Positions 31,445-45,178 of a stretch of 64,000 nucleotides of DNA are shown here, in pieces. The notes under the pieces are model-generated. The model had not been told where the DNA came from and did no database searches. It saw only the letters and a program-made list of their open reading frames with translations. The DNA lies in NCBI RefSeq assembly GCF_009914755.1, contig NC_060942.1. One strand, given 5' to 3'. The first letter of the stretch is position 1, and each line of letters begins with the position of its first letter. The position numbers were made by a program, and so were the translations under genes. Source of the stretch: the human T2T-CHM13v2.0 reference genome, Homo sapiens.

Positions 31445-31700
31445 CACTGTCACCTAGGCTGGAGTGCAGTGGTGAGATCATAGTTCAGTGTAACTTCAAA
31501 CTCCCGGGCTCAAGCAATCCTCTCACCTCAGCCTCCTGAGTGGCTATGACTACAGGTGGACGCCAAAATGCCTGGCTAATTTTTTGTGGAAATGGGGTCT
31601 CACCCTGTTACCCAGGCTGGTTTTAAATTCCTGGGCTCAAGCAGTTCTCCCAATTCAGCCTCCCAGATAGCTGGGATTACAGGCGTGAGCCACTGTGCCC
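31445..31700 (-). mobile_element. AluJ (degenerate)
   Basis: ctgtcacctaggctggagtgcagtgg...ctcccgggctcaagcaatcc...ggcgtgagccactgtgcc. Confidence 0.92.
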
Positions 31701-31744
31701 CTCCTTAAGTTAATTTTTACATATGGTGAGAAATGGGAGTCCAA

Positions 31745-32420
31745 CGTCATCCACTTTGTTGGTGTGTAATTGTTCATAGTATTTTCTTACAATGCTTTTT
31801 TAATTTTTGTAAAATCACTGGTAACATCCCTACTTTTACTTCTGATTTTAGTAATTTGTCTTCTCTCTTTTTTTTCTTGATCATCAGTCTAGCTAAAGGC
31901 TTGTCAATTTTTTTTATCTTTCTGAACAACCAGCTTTTAGTTTCATTGATTTTTACTATAATTTTTGTTGTTTTAAATTTCACTAATTTCTGCTCAAATC
32001 TTTATTATTTGTTTTCTTCTCTCTCATTTAGGTTTAGTTTGCTTTTTTTTTTTCCTCCGTCTTAAGGTGGAAGGTTAGGTTATTTATTTAACTCTTCTTT
32101 TTTCACAAAAGCCCTTACGGTTATAACTTTCCCTCTAAGTAACACTTTATCTGCATTCCATAAGTCTTACTATGCTTCCTTCATTTTCAGTCATCTCAAA
32201 GTGTTTTTGGATTTCTTTTTTAATTTCTTCTTTGACCCGCTGGTTATTTAAGAGTGTGTCATATAATTTCCACATATTTGTGAGTTTCCCCAATTTTTTC
32301 CTGCTATTGATTTCTAATTTCATTCCATTTTGGTCAGAAAATGTACTTTGTATTATTTCTTTTCTTTTAAAGTTGTTGAGGTTTGCTTTATGGACTAGTA
32401 TATGGTCCATTCTGGAAAAC
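31745..32420 (-). mobile_element. Old L1 (L1M) ORF2 fragment, endonuclease C-terminal region, disrupted
   Basis: ORF-track peptides DHILVHKANLNNFKRKEIIQSTFSDQNGMKLEIN and INETKSWLFRKIKKIDKPLARL match L1 ORF2p; frameshifts and stops are present. Confidence 0.92.
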
Positions 32421-33129
32421 AGTCCTCTTCCCTCTCACTTTGGACAGTCGAGAATTTACTCAATATCTTTAATTCTAACTTAAAATAGAAATAATATATA
32501 GCCAATTCTTCACTGGAATCTGACTCACATTAGAGAGCTTTGATATTATAATCAGGCTATGTTTACTCAAATGTCAATACAGGTAGATAGGCACTACACA
32601 TCCATGCAGGCCTCCTTCATTTAAATCATTGCAGAAACTTGCACTTGTAATTTAATAGCATCATAATTCTGACAGCTATAATTGAGAAAACCACAACAAT
32701 TGAGTATTTGAAAACCCCGCTTTTAGTAGATAAGAAGTAGAAATGATGTTTATTTTGTCATAAATGAACACACTAAACCATTTAAATAACTGCATAAGTA
32801 ATATTTGACTGGACTTATTATAGAGTAGTGAGAGACAAAACCAGTCCTGACCATGAATGTTCTAAGAAAAAATAGACTCCACTGATCATTAATGGGAACA
32901 AATTGGTAAGATGCTACTAAATAATATTTTTGAAATTTAAGAAATAATCTTTCAAAGAATTTATCAAAATGGGACTGACTTCTAATTTGGGAAATTGGTG
33001 AATTAATATGGGAATATATAATAATCATACATCTATCTGCTAGCAAATTGTAATCAGCATTATAAACTGTACTTACTAGTAATGAGAGAGTATCAAAATG
33101 CATTTAAAAATCATATACTTTTCATTATT

Positions 33130-33623
33130 TCCATTAAGGTGTCTGGTCCCCATGATGTCTCTAATGACTTTGACCAGTACCGTCCCATTTGCTCACTCCA
33201 CTCCAGCCACACTGGCTACTTGCTATTCTAGGAGCTCTCCCATCTTTTCACTGAGTGCTCTCTCTCACAGGAATGCTCTTCCCTTAGAGATCCTCGTGGT
33301 GAATTCCCTCATTTCCTTCAAGTCTGCTCAAATGTTACTTCTCAAACAGGTATGCATGTATTTAAAATCCTGTTTGAAATTCAACCTGCCTCCATGTTTC
33401 TCCCACTGTTGGCAATCTTGATCCCCTTACTCTAATATAAGTTTTTCTATGTTGAATAACATTTATCATTTTCTAACACCCTCCATAATTTACTTGTTTA
33501 TTATGTATATGTTTTGGTCCTTCTCCCCATGCTAGAATGTAAATCCTAACAAAGCAAGGATTTTAGCTGTTTTTTTTTTCTCTCGCTAGAATATCATAAA
33601 TGCCCAAAACTGAGCATGGCTCA
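33130..33623 (+). mobile_element. L2 3' fragment
   Basis: gctcactccactccagccacactggc...tttccttcaagtctgctcaaatgt...gctagaatgtaaatcc. Confidence 0.75.
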
Positions 33624-34250
33624 TTCTTGCAAGAAATACTTATTGGGCACTTACTAAATGCTAACTATTGTGCTAGTCATACTATTAGACGATGTGTTAA
33701 AATTTATGTGTTCACTGCTCTCATGGAGTTTATTTCTGAGTGGCAGAGATGGAGGCTAATTAATAATCATATACAATAAAATATAAAGTTGAGATACATA
33801 TTTATTCTGAAGAAATAAAGTCTTATGAAAATATAACAAAGAAAATATATCCAGAAGTGAGTTCATTGATTAGAAAAGCCTCTGCTCAAATATCAGAAAG
33901 TTATTCTTGAACTGAGATATGAACTACAAGCAGGAGTTTACAAGGGAAAGAGAACATGCAAATATTCTGTGGCTAGGAGGAGCAGAAAAAAGAGAGAGGA
34001 CTATATGGGGTAGCAGGAGGGTATGAGGGTTCAGCCGGAAAAGACCTTATGGGCTGAATGATAGTTTTGTCTATTGTCCAAGAAAAATGGGAAACCACTG
34101 ATGTGTCTCTTTTTTGGCGGGGGGTGGGAGGGGGCTTGATTTTTTTTTTTTTTAATGCAGGGCAGGAGACAGGGGGAGGCATAAGAAATAGGATCATAAT
34201 TATGTTTTGATGAGCTGACTTTGACTTTGGCTATAGTGTGGAGAATTGTA
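33624..34250 (-). mobile_element. L2 3' fragment (tail-to-tail with the previous one)
   Basis: aaatacttattgggcacttactaaatgc...ctgctctcatggagtt...ttgaactgagatatgaa. Confidence 0.65.
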
Positions 34251-34320
34251 ATGAGCTCTGATTATTCAGGATCTTTTTAGAATTTCTGTTTATAGATGGA
34301 GGTTAAAATAAGTTAAACAA

Positions 34321-34618
34321 GGCTGGGCACGTTGGCTTATCCCTGTAACCCCAGCACTTTGGGAGGCTGAGGCAGGCGGATCACTCGAGGTCAGGAGCTC
34401 AAGACCAGCCTGGCCAACGTGGTGAAACCCTGTCTCTACTAAAAATACGAAAATTAGCCGGGTGTGGTGGCATGCACCTGTAATCCCAGCTACTTGGGAG
34501 GCTGAGGTGGGAGACTCACTTTAACCCAGGAGGTAGAAGTTGCAGTGAGCTAAGATCTCGCCACTGCACTCCAGCCTGGATGACAGAGCAAGACATCAGC
34601 TTGAAAAAAAAAAAAATA
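34321..34618 (+). mobile_element. AluSx/Sz-like
   Basis: Full-length sense Alu with poly-A. Confidence 0.96.
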
Positions 34619-36245
34619 AACAAATATATTTTCTCATAGGAGTATTTCATGGTAAAAGTAAAATGTCTTACAGTATAATTCTACCAATAGGTAATTTTCA
34701 AAGTCTATTTTTTATGCATAAGGTCAGAGAAACTCAAGAAATTAATATCTGGTACTCTAAATTTTGTGTGATTCTTAAGTGAAGTTTAAATAAGAAATAC
34801 AGATTTCTGTGTCTGACTAGAGTTGTATCAGTAAGTATAAATAGAAACAGTAATGCATATGTAAGATTTTAAAAAAGTGTATCTTAAATTATTTGTTAAA
34901 TATGCATACATATTGGTTCCAGCCTCATTACACATTTCATTTGCTTGCTAGACTTTAATGAATATATTTTCTAACCCATAAATAAATTTGTGTAGTAACT
35001 TAGCTCATGCTGATTTTTAAAAAGAAGAAAAAGTTTAAATAAAATCTCATCACCAAAACAGTGGGAGGCTTTTTTCCCTGCTAGTATAATGGCATTTGAT
35101 GATTTTCCTGTGTATACACGTGATATAGACGACTGTGAGAAATAGGCGTGTTCCAACTGAGGACTGTGTGCAAAGGATGCCCTTGTGATCTAATAATGCT
35201 GCAAATTTCTGTCAGAAATAGCCTTGATGAATACATGGAATTGCATAATGTTACTTAACCTAAAACTTGCTTAAAGAATTCTTGAATTTTTATTTAAAAT
35301 CCAGTTTCACAAATGGAGAATGTGTGTGTGTGTGTAAGCTTATTTGCACTGTTTCACTGTAATACGCATTCTGATAATTTAAGGATGTCATGGTTACTTT
35401 GAACCCAAGGCTTGTTAGCATTCTGAAAGTAAGAATAGTTTCTGTGGGTTTTCTGTGGGGTAAGATATATGTCATAGGTTCCGTGAAGGATGTCTGTGAG
35501 ATTAGGAACCATAGAATGTTGTGGGTTTATTTATTTATTTTTTATTTTAAAAGGAAACTTTAAAGTTCCCTTTAATATTCCTTTGTATAAAACCCATTAT
35601 GAAATTGCACTTGTTCTAATTCTCTTTTTTCGGTTATTTAGTGCAAATTATTTTTGGTGGATTGTTATCCCACATTACTGCAGCCGAGACAGTTTCCAGA
35701 GATACTACTGTGATAGAACTCAGCAGGGGTAGCACAAACCTATCTCCCACTGTCACTTTATGTATTTTGGCTGTCTGAATTTTTGTTTGTCCACATATCG
35801 GTAATATTGCATTAAATTTTATTCTTCATGGAATTTCAGCCCTTGGAAATACAATGTCTGCTCCACTCTAAAAGCCTTTTCTCCCACCTTGTTATCCTAA
35901 AAACCTACTGTTGAGCAGTCCTTTACTTAGGAACCTGAAAAGTGGGAAAGAGATTGCATTTTTTTTTTCTTAGACCATTGGACGTGTTCAAATTGATTTA
36001 GAAGAGAAAAGCTACTTACCTTTGGCTCTTTTTTATTATTTTTATTGTTGTTGTTTTGTATTTGGTAACAATACTTTTGTTACAAATCTATAGTTTTTTA
36101 AATACAGCATGTTATGTGAGTTAAATATGTATACAAAAAGGCTATGGGGCTGATTTTTGCATTTATATAGTACTTCTTTTCTCAGAGTGATAAACTAAAT
36201 GAGTATTATGGTCTTTTATTTTTAAAGGAAGTTTGCTTACATCTG

Positions 36246-36890
36246 CCTTTTATTTTATTTTACTTATTTGTATAATTTAAGAGGTACAAGTGCAATGTTG
36301 TTACATGGATACATTGAGCAATGGTACAGTCTGGGCTTCTAGAGAACCATCACTTAACTAGTGTACATTGTACCCACTAAATAATTTCTCAGCCCTCAGC
36401 CCTCCCACTCTCCTACTCTTCCCAGTCTCCAGTGATTATTAGTTCACACTCTATGTCCATGTGTACACATTAGCTCCCACTTTTAAGTGAGATCAGGCAG
36501 TATCTGACTTTCTGTTTCTGAGTTGTTTCACTTAAGATAATGATCTCCAGTTTCATCCATGTTGCTGCAAAGAACATGATTTCATTGTTTTTTATGGTTG
36601 GATAGTATTCCATGGTGTGTGTGTATGTGTATGTGTGTGTGTGGGTGTGTATATAACATTTTCATATATATATGTGCATGTGTGTGTGTATATACATATA
36701 TATGAAAATGTTATACACACACACACACACACATATTTTCTTTATCTAATCATCTGTTGATGGACACTTAGACTGATACCGTATCTTTGCTACTGTGAAC
36801 ACTGCAGCAATAAACATATGAATATAGGTATCTTTGTGATATAATGATTTCCTTTGGGTAGATACCCATTAGTGGGATTGCTGGATCTAT
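36246..36890 (-). mobile_element. L1MA-type 3' UTR fragment with internal TG/TA/CA repeat
   Basis: gtacaagtgcaatgttgttacatggat...gttttcacttaagataatgatctccag-like...gatacccattagtgggattgctggatc. Confidence 0.88.
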
Positions 36891-36959
36891 TTTTAAGCAA
36901 ACAAGAAAAAACCTTAAAATACCTCTTCCTCTACAAAGCAAATAAAAAATATTCCTGAC

Positions 36960-37039
36960 CTTGGAGGCAGTTGTGAACACTAGTGGAATGTGTCTATTTT
37001 CTGGCTGAGAGAAGCAAAAATCATGCTGGAAGCAGCCTT
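36960..37039 (-). other. Candidate 80-nt internal exon (minus strand)
   Basis: Acceptor cattgcctttgcag|A, donor AAG|GTCAGG, open frame GCFQHDFCFSQPENRHIPLVFTTASK; unique sequence between an L1 and a MIR. Confidence 0.4.
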
Positions 37040-39129
37040 CTGCAAAGGCAATGGTTACATGGGCAATAGTTACATGCAGAACAAGCGCTGGACTGGAAGT
37101 GGCAGACCTGGGGTTCAATTCTTACTATTTCTTAGTAGCTGTATAACTCTAGGTCACTTTAACTTTCTGTGTTTCTTCTAACATGAAACAGGGATAATAA
37201 CACTTCACTTCACTTAGCAACATACAGGAAAGTGTATTCTAAAATAGAAATCCTTAAACATCCAAATAATTTTTTTTTACCACTAGATTAAGAAGAAGCA
37301 CTGATATCTATTAATTTTTATTTGGCTAATATCTCTTGCCTTGGGCATTTTAGATACACCAAGTAATATGTTTTTGCAGTGATTTCAAAGGATTGTGAGT
37401 ATTTAGGTTAAAGTAAAGTAATAAAGCTCCTGCTTCTTTGAGAAAAACCACATGGGCTTTAAAAAATAAACCGTTGACTGAATCTTGGTGCTGGTGGGGA
37501 AGTGCCTGATGTGTAAGATTCAAAGCTGTAGGTAAAACAAGTGATCTGTTTTCCCTCTAGCTCAACAAACACCTGCGTGCCTATATGTCCAATTACAACA
37601 GTGATTTAAATGTGTCTAACGTATTGAATATTAGTAAGATAACTCTAAATAATTTGCTATTTTTCTTAACTAAAGTAAACATTTATTGTAAAGCATATAA
37701 ACTCTTTTATATCAAATTTACTAACAGAAATCATTTCTTCAATTATTTGAAGAATGATAAAACTTAAGCATATCATCTCAATGTTTTAGTTTTCATTAAT
37801 TATATATGTTGCATTAACCATGCCAACTAATTTTATTGATGTTATTTCATCTTACTATCCTAAACACTGAAGTATACTCATGGCTGTTTTTGAACCAAAA
37901 ATCTGATTTATTCGTTAAACAGTCATTAAATCATAGTGTACCCAATTTATTTTCAATTTATAATGAATAAAAACAAGCTGTCATCTTAAGCTATTTTCTT
38001 GCAGTATTACTAACATTTTTCTGACATTTACTTTTTTTCATTGATTTTGTTAAATATGACATACTGGCTGTTGGTTGCTATTTAGCTTCAACATGAACTT
38101 CACATTTCTGACATTCGATAAAATCTTAATATCTGTATAAGTTGATTAAAAAAATGTAAGCATGTATAGTCCTGCCAACCCTTTAAAGGGCCAATTAATC
38201 ATGATATAATTTTAATAAATCTACCCACCCTGGCAATTATTAATTTATTCATATATTTAACAAATATTTATTGGAAACAATCTTGCCAGGAACTGTTCTT
38301 AGTGTCTGGGATACATGGATGAACATAACAAATAAAATAATCCCTGTCTTCATGGTCTTACTTAAAACAAATGAAGAAACTGAAGCACAGAGTGAATAAA
38401 TTACTGACCAAAAGCCCACAACTAGTATAGTGCTGAGTATTTACTCCCTGACTTCATATCACAATATATCCAGTTAATGGTAGAGAGGTGCTTAAAATGC
38501 ATGTCTGTCAACTCCCAGACTAGGGATATTCCCACAGTTCCACACTGTCCCTCTTTCTCTTCCTACCACACCACCTCACACTTGTTTGTAATGATTTCTG
38601 AACAGTAATTTAACAATTGCTGCAATTAGACTTTTCTACAGTCTGATAAAAACAATATGATTTTTACCATTTGCAGTGATGATTTCCCTTTTGGTTCCTT
38701 TCTAGGGAGGAGGCTCCATGATCTTACCTTCCCAATTATGAAGTAAGCAACGATGACCTCTTAAACTCGTGAATCTAACAGTGGTTGGGCATAGATAATT
38801 GCTGTGAAATACTTGATGACTGATTAGCTTTGATAAAGAATTCTGAGATAATTTTTATGCTGTTGTTACTAATCCCACCCTCAGCATTCTTTCAAAAATG
38901 AGATTATTTGTCTTTTTCTTCATGGCCTTGGTGGAAATATAAATTTCTTTTTAACCCTAAAATTGTCTTGGACTTATAACTTGAGATATCCTATGAGAAA
39001 CAGATTAATTATGCCTGCTAATTTTGGAACAAACTATCAGCCTAATAATGTCTTTCTAGTTCCATCTTCCATCATTTGAAATTCCAGTAAAGTAATACTT
39101 GTTGAGTACTAACATTTATATGTATTTTA

Positions 39130-39537
<408 letters not shown>

Positions 39538-40058
39538 TGTGGTCCATCTAGAAAATTTGCACTGATATTGGTTATGTCTGCAATAATTCGCTTTCATTTC
39601 TTTGCAGCAGTTGTTTTCTATTGTTTCCCACAACACCAAGTGAAGAGAATATAGCCACTTTTCTGTAGGGTCAAAAAATATTCAGGCTTTCCCTCAAAAA
39701 TACAAAGTTAAGCTCATTTCTTAATTTCCTTCAGGGGTTGTATAAACAGTCACTTATAGACACACACATGCACAGAGACACATACACATATAAAATGCAT
39801 AAGATGTACACATATTATAAATATTTATACCTATATACTTCCTATGTTTATAATTCTGTGTATCAAAGAAGAGACTTTCTGTGTGAAACATCTATAATGT
39901 AAGAAGGGTAGTCTATAATGAATTCTAAATGCATTCCACTTTGTTACAAGTACTTATAACTTTAAGAAATATTTTAAAATGTTTAATAATCAATGTGATC
40001 AATATTCCCAATTGTTATCAATGTCTATGATAATGTTTTCATTAAAAGAGTCAAAATG

Positions 40059-40383
<325 letters not shown>

Positions 40384-40799
40384 TTAAAACAAAATGATTT
40401 GTGAACAAAGCTGGTACAGATAAGGTGCTGGATAATAACACATATTATAATACATAAGTCCCTTATAGAAACAAAATAGTAAGTATGTACAAAGCCATAA
40501 ATTAATCTTAAATAAACATCAATTTCCATTCCAATGCAAGTAATACATCTGATGTATGTTTAGCACTGACAACATTTCAGTAAATAATGAAATGCTTTAG
40601 ATCTGAAAAGAAGAGTTTGCCATAGAAGCATTAACAAATTTTTATATCTGTTGACAAAACCTTGCTAAATTTATGCACATAAAAAAATAGAAGTAACCTT
40701 TTCTGTGATCACATAACTGGGGGCTGGCATTGCGAGAGAAGAGCCTGCTTTACCAGTTACGACACAGCAGCATGCCTCTGACTTAAAGTTCAGTTTTTA

Positions 40800-41460
40800 A
40801 AAATATGGATATGATCATAGCAAATAATTCCAGGAAATATGTCATAAATTAGCAGACACTGTAATAAACTGTCTGGACTGTTTTGTCTCAGTCATGTCAT
40901 TTTATCCTATTTAGTTTCAAAAATAGTAATCAGTCTGTTCAAAGTGTCAACTTTAGCCACCCAGGATGGGGAAAACTTGTTTTGACATTATGCCATATGA
41001 AAAATGACAAAATGAATGGGACAGGCTATAAGAAGTAGATTGCAGGCTCAATATTAGTCTATTGTGTGCATGTCTGTCAAAAGAAGCTAATAAAACATAA
41101 GGCTGAAGAACTGAAGTAATGAATGCAACAAAGAATGTAATAATCCCATTGTTCTCTATGCAAATCGGACCCTATCTGATATGTAATGCTGATTTCTGAG
41201 AGTCACTTTTAAAAAGAAACATTGATGAGTTAAAGTGCTTTCAGAATAAATACTCCCGAAAGTTTGTACTAGGAATGATAAAGAAATGGAAGACATTTCT
41301 TAAGTAACATGGGAGAGTTAGAGAAATATTTGTCTTTGAATATTTTAGGCAATATTATGTAGCAAAAGGATTAGATTTATTTTGATTTCCTGAACTAGTT
41401 AGTACAAACACAAACATATACTAGTTACCACCAATGGGTAAAGGGCCCTGTAAGATATAC
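40800..41460 (+). mobile_element. L3/CR1 LINE fossil
   Basis: aaaagaagctaataaaacataaggctg...gtaataatcccattgttctct...gaccctatctg...cacttttaaaaagaaacattgatgag resembles the CR1/L3 3' RT region. Confidence 0.6.
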
Positions 41461-41997
41461 ATATATATATAAATAAAAACAATAACTGACAGGGATTGCC
41501 AACTCTAGTGAAAATAATTTCTTTACTTTTCACTCCACACACCCTTTTCTTCAAGAAACCTTGTGTACAACTTATAAAGGGAGAGTGCGAAAAGTTTCCT
41601 CATCAATAGAGTTTATAAAGAAAGTTTTAAAGGGATCAAATAGTTTGGGATAAAGACCTTTTCTTGAAAATACTAAACATGCTAATGAAGATAAAATTCA
41701 TAGACAGATTTTGCCAAGAAGTTATCCATGTACTTGCACAAAAGTTTTATTCAATATAGTTAACAAGTAATTAGAAAAGCACTCTTTTTTATAAAACTAT
41801 GTAAAACTGTAACTTCAAACAACATACAGCTATATCCAAACTGGCGAATGAATATGCTTTTGTCTCATCCAAGAAATCCAAGGCTCAGTCCTGACAGTCA
41901 AACAGGGTTAAATAAAAGACAAGGGCTTGCAGGCAGGAACAAACAGATGATTCTTTCCCCAAAGGAAACACACGTAAGAGCATTAAATATCAAGTGT

Positions 41998-42196
41998 GCC
42001 TGCCCGGCATGGTGTGTGTCTGTAGTTCCTGGTACTGAGGAGGTGGAGGGGGGAGGATGGCTTAACCCCAGGAGTCTGAGACTCAAGCAATGCACTATGA
42101 TTATAGGTGCACTATGCTCCACCTGTGAGTAGCCACTGCACTCCAGCCTGGGCAACACTGCTAAACTCTGCCTCTACTGAAAAAAAAAAAAAAAAA
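41998..42196 (+). mobile_element. FAM (fossil Alu monomer)
   Basis: Single monomer with 7SL-like gtgcactatg...cctgtgagtagccactgcactccagcctgggcaac, poly-A, TSD atcaagtgtg. Confidence 0.8.
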
Positions 42197-42713
42197 TCAA
42201 GTGTGGCCCTCCAAGCAGGGAGAAGCCTTTCAGCAGCAGAGGTATAATGTCGGCTCTTCCTTGAGGTAAACAGGCCCAGAAAGTACAAGCCGAACACAGG
42301 CAGGGTGGGAAGGTGGAATGGGAAGACACAGAAGAAACAAAATACAATAGAGGGAAGGGAAACCAGTTAATGCATCAAACGCTTTATCCCATCAAAGGCC
42401 TATGAACAAGGAGCTCTTGAGTTCGAGTACCAAGGCTAAAATGGAGTGTCAAAGAGCCTGTGAGGAGACAGTTGTGGTTTCTAGTTTTAGAAGGTGTGTC
42501 ACGGGCACCACTGTGGCCTTTGATGTATGGTAGTAGCAGAATTATTACAGGTGATGCTGAAGCTGGTACTCCTAAGTTTCACATACTTAGTCACTAGGAA
42601 CTGATGTCCCACACACAGGATCAGCTAGTTTGCTCGGCTTTCACTATGTTACAACTAAGGAGGTGGGGTCAGACCCATGGCCTTCTGGAGTGCCGGCTTC
42701 ACAGGTCTCAGCT

Positions 42714-42980
42714 GACAAGCTATAGGAAGTGGACTGCAGGCTCAATTGGTCTATTGTATGCATGGCTATCAAAAGAAGCTAATAAAATATTAGGCTGAAG
42801 AACTGAGGTAATGAAGGCACCAAGGAGAGTAATAGTCCCATTGTACTCTATGCAAATTGGACCCTATCTGATGTACAATGCTGATTTCTGAGAGTCACTT
42901 TTCAAAAGAAATATTGATGAGTTAAAGTGCTTTCGCAATAAAGCAAATGCTCCTGAAAGCTTGCACTAGGAAAGATAAAG
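42714..42980 (+). repeat. Diverged direct copy of 41020-41283 (L3-derived)
   Basis: Manual alignment: about 31 substitutions and 2 short gaps over ~265 bp. Confidence 0.95.
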
Positions 42981-43493
42981 GGAGGATGTTATTTACTTTT
43001 TGTAAAACTATTTTTTTTACAAAAGTAATGTATAAAGTAATAATTTTTACTTTTTGTAAAGCCATTATTATTTTTGCCAGAGTTGGCAATCCCTATATAT
43101 CCTGTTCATCATTTGGATATCAGGGACCCAGGCCTATAGGTGGAAGATCTGGTTGCTAAAAAGTAGAATGAAGGGAAATCTTATTAATGCTTTTTATGCA
43201 AGTACACCCAGAGAAAAGTTCACTACAATTATTACAAAACTGAAGCTAAAAGGGGAATGGAAAACTCTCATGCCCAGAGATATCTTTCTATCTAGAATCC
43301 CAAAATGAGACTCAAGGAGAAATGAACTAGTTAAAAACAAGTATCTAAAGTAAGAAGAGGGGCAGAAAATGGAGCTGAAAAGAAAACAGGATGTTGTCAG
43401 AGTGCAAGGAAAAGAAAATTTACCTGAGGAGAATGTTCAAGAACATATAGGGCAGATCAGACAGATTTTTAAGGGAAAAGAAATTATGGATCT

Positions 43494-43923
43494 TGATAAA
43501 AGAAAAACTTCAGCCAAATTCAATTTAAAGAAGTTTAATTGAGCAATGAACGACTCATGAATCAGACAGTCCCCAGAATCACAGCAGATTCACAGACTCC
43601 AGGGCAGCCACATAGTGGAAGAAGATTATAGACAAAGGGAAATGACATACAGAAATCGGCAGTGAGGTACAGAAATAGCTGGATTGGTTACAGGTTGACC
43701 TTTGCCTTATTTGAACACAGTTTGAACACTTAGCAGTCCATGAGTGGTTGAAACATGGCTACTGGGATTGGTCAAGACTGAGCTATTGCTACAGGTGCAA
43801 ACTCCTAAGTCAGGTTTTCAATCTTGTCTTGTCTACCTGTTAACCCAGGTTACAGTTCATCCACAAGGACTCAAATATAGAAGTACAGAGTTTTTCTCAG
43901 GCCATATTTAGTTTGCTTTAATA
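43494..43923 (-). mobile_element. MER57-like ERV1 solo LTR
   Basis: aaaagaaaaacttcagcc...gtttaattgagcaatgaacga...ctcaggccatatttagtttgcttta are the reverse complements of the MER57 termini. Confidence 0.85.
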
Positions 43924-44609
43924 ACCTCCTGATGACTTTTAAAGTAGCCTGGTCCCGGACTGATAGTAAAATTACCCCACTCAGAGAGAGAGAGGAATGT
44001 GGACAAAATTTATTTGAAAAACAAAGTGTCACTCCGGCAAACTCAGAACACAACAGCTTATGTCTCTTCCTCAGGGACACTGTCAAAGGACTGACTCTGG
44101 GCAAAAGTGTTCACAGATACAATGTTGGGATCCAGAAGCCAAAAAGGAAGGATGAAGAAATGACTGTGAGCAAAACAGTATTATATGGTAGAGGAGAGAT
44201 GGGCCAAATTAAGCAGCAGGTAATAAAATCAATCAAACAAACATGAAACCAACCAAGCAAATCCAGCTGAGCCTATTTGAAAGGAAACAACACCAGAGGC
44301 AGACCCCTCACTACAAGGAAAACTATTCCAAACAGGACCGTTCTCTGAGCCTAGAATGTTCAAGATTTGGGGTCCCTCAGGGCACAAGCAGTGAAAAGCA
44401 TCAACACATGACTCATTTCAAGCACGGAGGATGACGCTAATGCTGAGGGTCTGGGAGGAAGCCACCCCCAGGACACAGGACTTTTAGGACTCCAGAATTT
44501 CAGAGCAGAAGGAGTACAGCAGCCGTTTAGCACAGGATTAAAAGCGTCAGAGGGTCTTGCTGGGGATGGGGAAATACAGAGAGAAGAGCAGAGTTTGGGA
44601 ATGACCCTT

Positions 44610-44970
44610 CAGTCACTCATTTCAGAAATATTTAGTGAGAGTCAGGCAGTGTTCATGATGGAACTAGTTAGTACTGATTGCCAAGGAACAAGAGAGGCAG
44701 AAACCTCTGCCTTATCAGGACTCACATTCTCAGGAAGGTTACAGAAAATAAGCAAGACAAATGAGGGAAATAATTTTGTTAGGGAGGATCTTAAAAGAAA
44801 AAAGATAAATAGACAAGAATATGAAGTATTGGGGTTGAGGGCTGAAATACAGTGGCCAGGGAAAGAGAGGACTTTTTAACGATAATTGGGGGAGTGAACC
44901 ACATGGATATTTGGGAATCTATCCCCTTCAGACTCAAGAGCAGGACAAATTTGAGGCCATGAAGAGGTGC
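44610..44970 (-). mobile_element. L2 fragment
   Basis: cactcatttcagaaatatttagtgag...ctgccttatcaggactcacattct. Confidence 0.55.
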
Positions 44971-44990
44971 CTGTTAAAAGAGCGGGTACC

Positions 44991-45178
44991 TCTGCACCTC
45001 TGCTATTGCTTTAAGAAAAGCATGTCATGGGTGGCTCATTAGTCCATGGAGAATGAAAAGCATATATAGTAGATCTGATCACAGCTGGTAGTTTGGAACC
45101 AAGCCAAGCCGAGACCAGTCTGGTATAGCCAGAGCTTAGTCAACATATAAACGTAAGTCTGAGAATAAATGATTTGTT
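44991..45178 (+). mobile_element. MLT1 (K/L-like) LTR 3' fragment inside an L1 TSD
   Basis: ctctgctattgctttaagaaaagcatg...ggagaatgaaaagcat...gtctgagaataaatgatttgtt. Confidence 0.55.

Noticed and set aside
31745-32420. L1 ORF2-like peptides as a functional CDS
   Set aside because: Fragmented, frameshifted and lacking the rest of the element; the same applies to 45388-45618 and 59951-60196
35974-36020. Strong + acceptor (T-run cttag) and perfect minus donor AAG|GTAAGT close together
   Set aside because: No convincing partner splice site for either; isolated consensus matches are common
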